Source: Chryseobacterium sp. (lineage in GTDB: Bacteria; Bacteroidota; Bacteroidia; Flavobacteriales; Weeksellaceae). From it: DNA of 64,000 bases. Positions within the stretch are counted from its first letter, which is position 1, and each line of letters opens with the position of its first letter. Position numbers and translations under genes: made by a program. The stretch lies in NCBI RefSeq assembly GCF_036650535.1, contig NZ_JAVVZM010000008.1:16334-80333 (forward strand), written 5' to 3'. Below are positions 10,076-18,106 of the stretch, in pieces. The notes beneath the pieces are model-generated. The model was not told where the DNA came from, did no database searches, and was given only the letters and a program-made list of their open reading frames with translations.

Positions 10076-10264
10076 ATGACAAACATTTTGAAAAACGCGA
10101 AAAAATTAAAGCAAGCTGACCTTAAAAACATCGTAGGAGGAGTAAGTGGAAACCCTGATCTTTCTCTTTGTGGATGCGATTGCGCAGGAGCTGTTACAGG
10201 TCCTTTATACTGTGGAAATTATATCGGTTGTCTACAAGTGTATACTTGCAAAGACGTATATTAA
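10076..10264 (+). CDS. Bacteriocin-like/RiPP-like precursor 1: double-Gly leader plus 6-Cys core
   Basis: Leader MTNILKNAKKLKQADLKNIVGG; core C-x-C-x-C-x9-C-x5-C-x5-C; own promoter and terminator; paralog immediately downstream. Confidence 0.8.
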   Translation: MTNILKNAKKLKQADLKNIVGGVSGNPDLSLCGCDCAGAVTGPLYCGNYIGCLQVYTCKDVY

Positions 10265-10274
10265 TTTAGATATT

Positions 10275-10319
10275 AAAATAAAAAGTCTGCCTCAATTTTG
10301 AGGTAGACTCTTTATTTTT
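10275..10319 (+). terminator. Intrinsic terminator after peptide 1
   Basis: AGTCTGCCTCA-ATTT-TGAGGTAGACT stem with A-rich and U-rich flanks. Confidence 0.75.
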
Positions 10320-10406
10320 CAATGCTATATTTTATTGATATTCTAGTTATAAATACTATTTAAATTTAATCATCAAACTATATTTTTTAATTAAAAAACA
10401 AATCAC

Positions 10407-10598
10407 ATGACAAACATTTTGAAAAACGCGAAAAAATTAAAACAAGCTGATCTTAAAAACATCGTTGGAGGAATTAAAGGAGGAAAGCCTGATTTATCTC
10501 TTTGTGGATGCAGCTGCTCAGGATCTGTTACAGGCCCAGAATATTGCCCCCAATACATTGCTTGCCCACAAGTGTATACTTGCAACGAAGCATACTAG
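10407..10598 (+). CDS. Bacteriocin-like/RiPP-like precursor 2: double-Gly leader plus 6-Cys core
   Basis: Identical 22-aa leader (3 synonymous changes) and identical Cys spacing to peptide 1, with a diverged core. Confidence 0.8.
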   Translation: MTNILKNAKKLKQADLKNIVGGIKGGKPDLSLCGCSCSGSVTGPEYCPQYIACPQVYTCNEAY

Positions 10599-10607
10599 AA
10601 AGCTATT

Positions 10608-10651
10608 AAAATAAAAAAATCTGTCTCACAATTGAGGCGGATTTTTTATTT
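10608..10651. terminator. Terminator between peptide 2 and the convergent thioesterase
   Basis: AATCTGTCTCA-CAAT-TGAGGCGGATT stem, homologous to the peptide 1 terminator. Confidence 0.75.
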
Positions 10652-10687
10652 ACTTTCAAATTTATATTTGTAGTTATGTTTACTCAT

Positions 10688-11155
10688 CTACAAAAAGGGT
10701 TTCATTTCATCCTCAATCTGCGTTCTTAAATCCATTAATCGTTTAGCGTACTTTTCCTGTTGTTTTTCTTCTTCAGTTTCAGGAATCCATTTCGGAACGG
10801 GGAGTTTTTTACCATTTTCATCTACGGCTACAAATACAATAATGCAATGCGTTTTCTTATCGAAAGTAGGCTGTTTCAAATTTCTTGAGAAAACATTGAT
10901 TGAAATATGCATACTCGAAGAACCTGTATAGATTACCTGTGCTTCTACTTTTACAATTTCTCCGATTTTAATTGGTTCGTAGAAACGGATTCCACCCACA
11001 TAAACTGTCACAGAATAATTTCCACTCCATGTTGTTGCGCATGCGTATCCGGCTTGGTCAATCCACTTCATTACACTTCCGCCGTGTACATTTCCGCCGT
11101 AATTTACATCTGAAGGTTCTGAAATAAACTGAAAAGTAACAGGTTTGTTATCCAT
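10688..11155 (-). CDS. Acyl-CoA thioesterase (hot-dog fold, YciA-like)
   Basis: DVNYGGNVHGGSVMKWIDQAG motif. Confidence 0.92.
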   Translation of the reverse strand: MDNKPVTFQFISEPSDVNYGGNVHGGSVMKWIDQAGYACATTWSGNYSVTVYVGGIRFYEPIKIGEIVKVEAQVIYTGSSSMHISINVFSRNLKQPTFDKKTHCIIVFVAVDENGKKLPVPKWIPETEEEKQQEKYAKRLMDLRTQIEDEMKPFL

Positions 11156-11234
11156 TTTTTTAATTTTAATAAAGGTATTTAATAATTTTCAGAATTTTAT
11201 ATTTAGCCTTACTTTTGAAGATTAAATTTTAATT

Positions 11235-11588
11235 ATGAAAAAAGTTTTTCATCTTAATACCTGCGACACTTGCAGAAAGATTTTAGCACAGTTTGATTTG
11301 TCAGATTGGGAAAAAAGAGAAATAAGAAAAGAGCCGATTACCAAAGAAGAGCTGGAGGAAATGTATAAGCTTACAAAGTCTTATGAAGCATTATTTAGCA
11401 AGAAATCTACGCAGATAAAATTGAGAGAATTGGATGTAAAGTCTTTAACAGAAAATGATTTTAAAGATTTGATTTTAGACCATTATACTTTCTTAAAACG
11501 TCCGGTTTTTATTACAGATAAAGAAATTTTTGTAGGCAATGACAAGAAGAACGTAGAGGCTTTGAAGATATTTTTTGGAGTGGAATAA
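11235..11588 (+). CDS. ArsC/Spx-family (arsenate reductase-like) protein
   Basis: CDTCRK CxxC and LKRPV motifs; TACTTTTG -7 box at 11210-11217. Confidence 0.85.
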   Translation: MKKVFHLNTCDTCRKILAQFDLSDWEKREIRKEPITKEELEEMYKLTKSYEALFSKKSTQIKLRELDVKSLTENDFKDLILDHYTFLKRPVFITDKEIFVGNDKKNVEALKIFFGVE

Positions 11589-11686
11589 GTCTGCCACGAA
11601 ATTCACAAATTTCAAGATATTTGCATAATTATCCCACAGATTACGCAGATTTACACAGTTTTTTTCGCATGAAGAGTTATAAATCT

Positions 11687-11719
11687 AAACCTCACAGGTT
11701 TTTAAAACTTGTGAGGTTT
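11687..11719. repeat. Short palindrome AAACCTCACAGGTTTTTAAAACTTGTGAGGTTT (REP-like; may act as terminator)
   Basis: Near-perfect inverted repeat read directly from the sequence. Confidence 0.7.
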
Positions 11720-11796
11720 TTTTTGTGCGCTTCATCCAAAAAGAGTTTTAGAATTTTAACAGCTTATTCGGAATAAAAGTAAAAGTTGTTTGTTTC

Positions 11797-11960
11797 CAAA
11801 CAAACTGTGGGAAACAAAATACAATTGCAGGAAGTCTTAAACAGATTGTGGGAAACAAAATGAGATCGCAGGAAGTTTCAAATCAACTGTAGGAAACAAA
11901 ACACAGTTGACGGAAGTCACAAAACGAGTGTTTTGCAACCAAATAACTTTTACGGAAACT
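11797..11960. repeat. Degenerate 41-bp tandem repeat (20+21-bp subunits), about 3.5 copies
   Basis: TGT(G/A)GGAAACAAAA at 11806, 11847 and 11888; GGAA cores at 11810, 11830, 11851, 11871, 11892 and 11912. Confidence 0.75.
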
Positions 11961-12000
11961 ATGAATCGAGGAGAAGTAAAGTATAATTGACTGAGGTTTA

Positions 12001-12057
12001 GCCCCGATTGTAGTGGAAATCCTTTTTTGCAAAAAAAGATTGCAACGGAAAGCGGGA
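12001..12057. repeat. REP-like structured intergenic element GCCCCG...ATCCTTTTTTGCAAAAAAAGATT...GCGGGA
   Basis: Nested inverted repeats (CCCG/CGGG outer, T-tract/A-tract inner). Confidence 0.55.
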
Positions 12058-12127
12058 ATAGCTCCTAAAAAACAACCGCTTCATCAATAATGATAAAGCG
12101 GTTTTTCTATATTTAAAGAATATTCGA

Positions 12128-13204
12128 TTATACAAATGGTGTTTTCACCACTTTTGCAGGAATATTTTTGTTTCTTACCTGAATAAAGATTTCGGTACCT
12201 AATTTGAAGTGAGATTTATCAACATACGCTAATCCCAAACCGATTTTTTTCATCGGAGACTGCGTTCCTGATGTTACTTTCCCGATCACATTTCCTTCAG
12301 CATCTACCACAGGGTAATCGTGTCTTGGAACTCCTTTATCAGTCAATTCGAAACCAACTAATTTTCTGGTTATCCCTTCTTCTTTTTGTTTAGCGAAAAT
12401 TTCTTTAGAAACAAAGTCTTTGTCAAACTTTGTGATCCAGCCTAATCCAGCTTCAAGTGGAGAGGTTGTATCGTCGATATCCATTCCGTACAAACAGAAT
12501 CCTTTTTCTAGTCTTAAAGTGTCTCTAGCAGCCAATCCGCAAGGGATAATTCCTTCTTCAGCTCCCGCTTCAATAATAGCGTCCCACAATTTTTCTGCAG
12601 ATTCGTTGTTGAAATAAATTTCAAAACCACCGCTTCCTGTATACCCAGTGTTTGAAATAATCACATCACTAACGCCAGCAACGGTACCAACGGTAAAGTT
12701 GTAATAAGGAATTTCTGAAAGGTTAGTTTCTGTTAATTTCTGAAGAATTTCAGTTGCTTTTGGTCCTTGAATTGCCAATAAAGACATTTCGTCTGAAGCA
12801 TTGGTCATTTTTGCACCGAAGCTGTTGTATTTTGAAATATGATTCCAGTCTTTATCGATGTTTGAAGCATTTACCACTACAAAATATTTCTCATCTTCCA
12901 TTTTGTAAACGATAAGGTCGTCTACAATTCCTCCGTTTTCGTTTGGAAGGCAAGAGTACTGAGCTTTTCCATTTTCTAAAACATCCACATTGTTGGTTCC
13001 CACAAACTGCAAAAGGTCTTTTGCACCTGCACCTTCAATGAAAAACTGTCCCATGTGAGATACGTCAAACAATCCTGCTTTTTCTCTTACTGCAAAGTGT
13101 TCTTCCGTAACTCCGGAATATTGTACAGGCATTTCAAATCCTGCAAAAGGTACTATTTTCGCTCCTAAAGAAACGTGTTTGTCGTACAATGCTGTTTTTT
13201 TCAT
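12128..13204 (-). CDS. gcvT: Glycine cleavage system aminomethyltransferase T
   Basis: GLFDVSHMG, TGYTGSGGFEI, GLAARDTLRLEKG motifs. Confidence 0.98.
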   Translation of the reverse strand: MKKTALYDKHVSLGAKIVPFAGFEMPVQYSGVTEEHFAVREKAGLFDVSHMGQFFIEGAGAKDLLQFVGTNNVDVLENGKAQYSCLPNENGGIVDDLIVYKMEDEKYFVVVNASNIDKDWNHISKYNSFGAKMTNASDEMSLLAIQGPKATEILQKLTETNLSEIPYYNFTVGTVAGVSDVIISNTGYTGSGGFEIYFNNESAEKLWDAIIEAGAEEGIIPCGLAARDTLRLEKGFCLYGMDIDDTTSPLEAGLGWITKFDKDFVSKEIFAKQKEEGITRKLVGFELTDKGVPRHDYPVVDAEGNVIGKVTSGTQSPMKKIGLGLAYVDKSHFKLGTEIFIQVRNKNIPAKVVKTPFV

Positions 13205-13218
13205 AGGTAGATTTATTT

Positions 13219-13695
13219 CTATTTTTTTATTTTAAAACTTTCAAAAGTTTCGTTAAAAACTTTCATGTAGTTTCCGTTCCAGTGTTTTTGTTGGCAATTG
13301 ATGCTTACAAGAAAAAAGTTTTTATCTTTCTGATATAATTTTGTAAACCAGAAAAGTTTTTCTTTTTCATCAAAATATTCATACTGATATTCTGAGTATC
13401 CTTTTTTACTGCCTGTAATTTTTACTTTTTTCTCGTCATCCTGAGAGTTATACAACGCCAGAATAAATTTTTTCACTTCTGTTTTAGGTAGGTCCAAATC
13501 ATGATATTCTGAAATAGTAATTGCGCCAATTTCATTGGTGGGGAAGATGTTTACAATTCCATCGTCATTCGTTGCCTTCCAGGTATCGGGCATTGTGATT
13601 GAATAATTTTCGCTTTCATAAAGCTCAGTTCCCAATTTCTGAGCATGCGAATAAACGCTCAGTAAAAATGTGGTCATTAATACAATTTTTTTCAT
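13219..13695 (-). CDS. Hypothetical exported protein (possibly PsbP-like fold)
   Basis: Signal peptide ending SHA-Q; YSITMPDTW start and FESFKIK end resemble PsbP-like proteins. Confidence 0.65.
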   Translation of the reverse strand: MKKIVLMTTFLLSVYSHAQKLGTELYESENYSITMPDTWKATNDDGIVNIFPTNEIGAITISEYHDLDLPKTEVKKFILALYNSQDDEKKVKITGSKKGYSEYQYEYFDEKEKLFWFTKLYQKDKNFFLVSINCQQKHWNGNYMKVFNETFESFKIKK

Positions 13696-13705
13696 CGGTG
13701 TGTTT

Positions 13706-14215
13706 TTAAAAATGATGTTTATATTCTTCCAGAATAATTTTAAACCATTCTGTAAATTGTTCAGGATGTTCAGAAATTTCTTTATCTAAATTTTCAAGTG
13801 AAATATAGCGAACTTCTGCCACTTCATCTTTATTTAAATTAAATTCTGAATGATAAGTTCCGGTAAAAACATGGTCGAGTTCGTGCTCCCAAAGTCCACC
13901 TCCAACATCTGCTTTATAGATAAAATGAAATTTTTCTGAAAGTTCAGCATCAATTCCCAGTTCTTCATTCAATCTTCTTTTTGCTGCTTCAAGATAGGTT
14001 TCTTCAATTCTGGGGTGCGAGCAAACCGCATTGGTCCATTGATGAGGAGAATGGTATTTTTCTGCAGCTCTTTTCTGTAACAGCATTTCACCGTTTTGAT
14101 TAAATAAAAAAACTGAAAAAGCCCGATGAAGTAAGCCATTAATATGAGCCTGCTGTTTTTCCATCAAACCTAAAACTTCATCTTGAGGATTTACCAATAC
14201 TACGAATTCTTCCAT
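13706..14215 (-). CDS. idi: Isopentenyl-diphosphate delta-isomerase, type 1
   Basis: LHRAFSVF, WTNAVCSHP, RRLNEELG and EHELDHVF motifs. Confidence 0.96.
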   Translation of the reverse strand: MEEFVVLVNPQDEVLGLMEKQQAHINGLLHRAFSVFLFNQNGEMLLQKRAAEKYHSPHQWTNAVCSHPRIEETYLEAAKRRLNEELGIDAELSEKFHFIYKADVGGGLWEHELDHVFTGTYHSEFNLNKDEVAEVRYISLENLDKEISEHPEQFTEWFKIILEEYKHHF

Positions 14216-14456
14216 TCCTACAAATTTAAGTTTAAAACGTGATTTTGTAAAATAAATGTTTAGTTTTTTTAATTATTTATGAAATTTTAGCTTTTTTGAA
14301 TACATTAAATATCAATGATGTTTATGAAAAATGTAACGAAGTAATAGTTTTCGTTGATTTTAAATTTGATTTTGTGTTAAAATTTTAACATAAACTAAGA
14401 TTAATATGACTGTTTGGATGAGAAAGTGTAACTTTGCACTTTAAAATTTTGAAGCA

Positions 14457-14861
14457 ATGGAACTAGATTATATTGAGCATATCAGTCCGATTCTAAAAGA
14501 CGGAATTAAAAATTATCTTATCGATATCGATGGAACAATTACAGAAGATGTTCCCAACGAAGAGCCGGAAAGAATGGTGACTTGCGAGCCTTTTCCAGAT
14601 GCACTAGAAACCGTTAATAGATGGTATGACGAGGGTCATCAGATTTGTTTTTTTACTTCAAGAACTGAAAATTTAAAACAAATTACCATAGATTGGCTAG
14701 ATAAACACGGCTTCAAATATCACAGCGTTTTGTGCGGAAAACCAAGAGGCGGAAATTATCACTGGATTGATAATCACTTGGTAAGAGCTACAAGATATAA
14801 AGGCAAATTTACCGACTTGGTAGAGAAGCAGGTAACAATAGAAGTTTTTAAAGAAGATTAA
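14457..14861 (+). CDS. Small HAD-superfamily phosphatase (capless type)
   Basis: IDIDGT motif I, FFTSR motif II, GKPR...WIDN; TAACTTTG -7 box at 14429-14436. Confidence 0.8.
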   Translation: MELDYIEHISPILKDGIKNYLIDIDGTITEDVPNEEPERMVTCEPFPDALETVNRWYDEGHQICFFTSRTENLKQITIDWLDKHGFKYHSVLCGKPRGGNYHWIDNHLVRATRYKGKFTDLVEKQVTIEVFKED

Positions 14862-14958
14862 ATCATAGAGAAGATTTAAAGATTAAACGAAAGGTGAAAA
14901 CCAGAAATTCTTTTAATTTTTAAATCTTTTTACATTTTAAATAGATTATAAGTTAGTT

Positions 14959-15918
14959 ATGAAAGTTTTAGCAAACGACGGTTTAGATCAATCTGGGATT
15001 GATGCGTTAACTGAAAAAGGCTTTGAAGTAATTACTACAAAAGTTCCGCAGGAGCTTCTTTTAGATTACATCAACGAGCACAAGATTCGTACAGTTTTGG
15101 TAAGAAGTGCGACACAGGTAAGAAAAGATATTATTGATAATTGTCCGTCGTTGGAAATTATCGGTAGAGGTGGAGTAGGAATGGATAATATTGATGTAGA
15201 TTATGCAAGAGAAAAAGGAATTCATGTGATCAACACACCTTCTGCTTCTTCAGAATCGGTAGCTGAATTGGTATTTGCCCATTTGTTTTCTGGAGCTAGA
15301 TTTTTGCAGGATTCAAACAGAAAAATGCCTTTGGTAGGAGATACCGAATTTGCATCGCTTAAAAAAGCTTATGCTGCAGGTATTGAATTGAAAGGAAAAA
15401 CCATCGGGATTGTTGGGATGGGAAGAATCGGTCAGGAAGTTGCTAAAATCGCTTTAGGTTTGGGAATGAGAGTAATTGCTGCTGATAATATGGTTGGGAA
15501 AGCAAGTATTAAAGTAACTTTCTACAACAATCAATTCATCAATGTTGAGATCGAAACTGAACCTTTGGAACAAGTTTTAAGACATTCAGATTTTATTACG
15601 CTTCACGTTCCGGCTCAGAAAGAAGGTTATATGATCGGTGCATCTGAGTTTGAAATGATGAAAGATGGCGTTGCTATTGTTAATTGTTCAAGAGGTGGCG
15701 TAATCGATGAAGTAGCTTTAATTGAAGCTTTAGATTCAGGGAAAGTAAGATTTGCGGGACTTGATGTTTTCATTAATGAGCCGACTCCTTCAAAAGATAT
15801 TATTACACATTCTAAAATTTCGGTAACTCCACATACCGGTGCTTCAACTTTGGAAGCTCAGGATAGAATTGGGCTTTCTTTAGCAGAGCAGATCTCAAGT
15901 ATTTTTCAGATTCAGTAA
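14959..15918 (+). CDS. D-2-hydroxyacid dehydrogenase (SerA-like, no ACT domain)
   Basis: RGGVGMDNID, GMGRIG, NCSRGGVIDE, AGLDVF and TPHTGAST motifs. Confidence 0.9.
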   Translation: MKVLANDGLDQSGIDALTEKGFEVITTKVPQELLLDYINEHKIRTVLVRSATQVRKDIIDNCPSLEIIGRGGVGMDNIDVDYAREKGIHVINTPSASSESVAELVFAHLFSGARFLQDSNRKMPLVGDTEFASLKKAYAAGIELKGKTIGIVGMGRIGQEVAKIALGLGMRVIAADNMVGKASIKVTFYNNQFINVEIETEPLEQVLRHSDFITLHVPAQKEGYMIGASEFEMMKDGVAIVNCSRGGVIDEVALIEALDSGKVRFAGLDVFINEPTPSKDIITHSKISVTPHTGASTLEAQDRIGLSLAEQISSIFQIQ

Positions 15919-15936
15919 AAATATTTTTATCATTAT

Positions 15937-15978
15937 AAAAAATCCGCTGTAACTTTGAGTTGCAGCGGATTCGTTTTT
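15937..15978. terminator. Bidirectional terminator between serA-like gene and mscL
   Basis: AATCCGCTGTAAC-TTTGA-GTTGCAGCGGATT with A-rich and T-rich flanks. Confidence 0.8.
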
Positions 15979-15992
15979 ATATAAGATTTTTA

Positions 15993-16436
15993 TTATTTCT
16001 TTTTCAATTCATCACGAATTTCAGAAAGTAATTGTTCTGTAGTTGTTGGTGCAGCAGGCTCTGCCGGAGTTTCAGCTTCAGTTTTTCTCATTCTGTTGAT
16101 TGTTTTTACAAGCATGAAAACAACCAATGCAAGAAGTATAAAATTGATTGCTACCGTAATGAAATTTCCGTAAGCAAAAATTGCAGCGTCCGGAGCTAGT
16201 TCTTTAGCTTTTGCGAGTGTTGATCCAGCAGGAATATTTTCAGCACCTTTTCCTATTGCGAAATAAATACTGCTGAAATCTGGTTTTCCAACGATTGCCG
16301 CAACGATAGGCATAATCAAATCATCAATCATACTCGTTACAATTTTTCCGAAAGCACCACCGATAATTACACCGACTGCCAAGTCAAAAGCGTTCCCTTT
16401 AACGGCAAATTCTTTAAATTCTTTAATAAATCCCAT
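15993..16436 (-). CDS. mscL: Large-conductance mechanosensitive channel
   Basis: FKEFAVKGNAFDLAVGVIIGGAFGKIV and LLSEIRDELKK motifs. Confidence 0.98.
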   Translation of the reverse strand: MGFIKEFKEFAVKGNAFDLAVGVIIGGAFGKIVTSMIDDLIMPIVAAIVGKPDFSSIYFAIGKGAENIPAGSTLAKAKELAPDAAIFAYGNFITVAINFILLALVVFMLVKTINRMRKTEAETPAEPAAPTTTEQLLSEIRDELKKK

Positions 16437-16561
16437 AATTTATATTTTTAATTGTTTTAAACAAAAGTATCATTTAAAAATAATAAATCTTAAATGTTTT
16501 GGGTATTTTTTTTGCTTTAAATTATCAGAAATTATCATTAAATTGAAAAAAAACGATCAGA

Positions 16562-18079
16562 ATGAAAATTTTTACGGTAGAAAATATCAGATTGGCGGAT
16601 CGATATACGATTCAGAATGAGCCGATTTCGTCTGCTCAATTGATGGAAAGAGCTTCTTCGCTCTGTGCAGAATGGATTTTTTCGAATTGTAAACATCATA
16701 CAAAATTTGCAATATTTTGCGGAAACGGAAATAATGGTGGTGACGGTTTTGCCATTGCGAGAATGCTTTATTTGAAAGGCTTTGATATAGATGTTTTTAT
16801 CAATAAAGAGCAGTTGAAATTTTCTGATGAAGCTTTAATTAATTATAAAAGACTGAAAGATATTTCTGGAATTTCATTGAGAGACTTTAATGAAACTTCA
16901 ATATACAATTTTGATGAAAAAACAGTAATCATCGATGCACTTTTCGGAACCGGATTATCAAGAAATCCTGAAGGAATCTTTAAAGAGGTGATTGAAGTTT
17001 TAAACTCAAAAAACAATCCTAAAATTTCGATTGATATTCCGTCGGGACTATTTGCTGATCAGATGAATGATGAAAATTCAACCATATTTAAAGCTGATTA
17101 TACATTAACTTTTCAATTCTGGAAAAAAGCTTTTCTTCATCCTGAAACCGGTATTTTTACCGGAAAAGTTATTGTTTTAGATATCGATTTAGCTCAGGAA
17201 TTTATTGAAAATACTCCAACCAATGATTTTGTAATTGATGATGAAATCATTTTAAATATTTTTAAAATCAGACAAAATTTTGCGCATAAAGGAACTTATG
17301 GTAAATCAATTATTGTTGGTGGAAGTTATGGGAAAATAGGGGCTGTGGTTCTGGCGACTAAATCTGCTTTAAAAACGGGCTCAGGGCTAATGTTTGTTTT
17401 GGCACCAAATTGTGGTTATGGAATTATGCAGACAAGTGTTCCGGAAGCAATGTTTATGGATGGAGGTGAGAAATTTATCAATCAAATTGAAGAGGTAGAA
17501 AATGCTGTTTACGGAATTGGTCCTGGTTTAGCTACAGAAAAAGAAACGGAAAAAGCTTTGCTGGAGTTTCTTGAAAATCATCAATCTCCTTTAATGTTGG
17601 ATGCAGATGCTTTAAATATCATTTCTAAAGATAAGAGCTATTTAAAATTAATTTCAAAAAAATCAATTATTACACCCCATCCGAAAGAATTTGAAAGACT
17701 TTTCGGTAAAACGGAGAATTCATTTAAAAGGTTAGATTTAGCGAAAACAAAAGCAAAAGAATTAGGGCTTTATATTGTTTTGAAAGATCATCACACGCAA
17801 GTAGTAACTCCAGAAGGAAAAGTATTTTATAATATCACCGGAAATTCGGGATTGGCAAAAGGCGGAAGCGGAGATATTCTTACGGGAATTATTACTTCAC
17901 TTTTAGCTCAAAGATATTCTGAAGAAGAAGCTGCAATCTTTGGGGTTTGGCTTCACGGAAAAGCGGCTGATTTTGCCGCCGAAAAACATTCCAAAGAAGC
18001 AATGCAACCTACAGATGTTATTAATGAGCTTGGAAATGTGTTTCTGTATTTAAACAAAAAAGCCACAACTCAGTTGTGA
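16562..18079 (+). CDS. nnr: Bifunctional NAD(P)H-hydrate epimerase/dehydratase
   Basis: CGNGNNGGDG, DALFGTG, DIPSG, HKGTYG, DADAL, TPHPKEF and KGGSGD motifs. Confidence 0.95.
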   Translation: MKIFTVENIRLADRYTIQNEPISSAQLMERASSLCAEWIFSNCKHHTKFAIFCGNGNNGGDGFAIARMLYLKGFDIDVFINKEQLKFSDEALINYKRLKDISGISLRDFNETSIYNFDEKTVIIDALFGTGLSRNPEGIFKEVIEVLNSKNNPKISIDIPSGLFADQMNDENSTIFKADYTLTFQFWKKAFLHPETGIFTGKVIVLDIDLAQEFIENTPTNDFVIDDEIILNIFKIRQNFAHKGTYGKSIIVGGSYGKIGAVVLATKSALKTGSGLMFVLAPNCGYGIMQTSVPEAMFMDGGEKFINQIEEVENAVYGIGPGLATEKETEKALLEFLENHQSPLMLDADALNIISKDKSYLKLISKKSIITPHPKEFERLFGKTENSFKRLDLAKTKAKELGLYIVLKDHHTQVVTPEGKVFYNITGNSGLAKGGSGDILTGIITSLLAQRYSEEEAAIFGVWLHGKAADFAAEKHSKEAMQPTDVINELGNVFLYLNKKATTQL

Positions 18080-18106
18080 CTTTCAAATTTTTATGTGTTT
18101 TAAAAA

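Noticed and set aside
10403-10585. Cys-rich antisense ORF over peptide 2
   Set aside because: It is the reverse-strand shadow of the + strand gene, which has the leader, promoter, terminator and a paralog.
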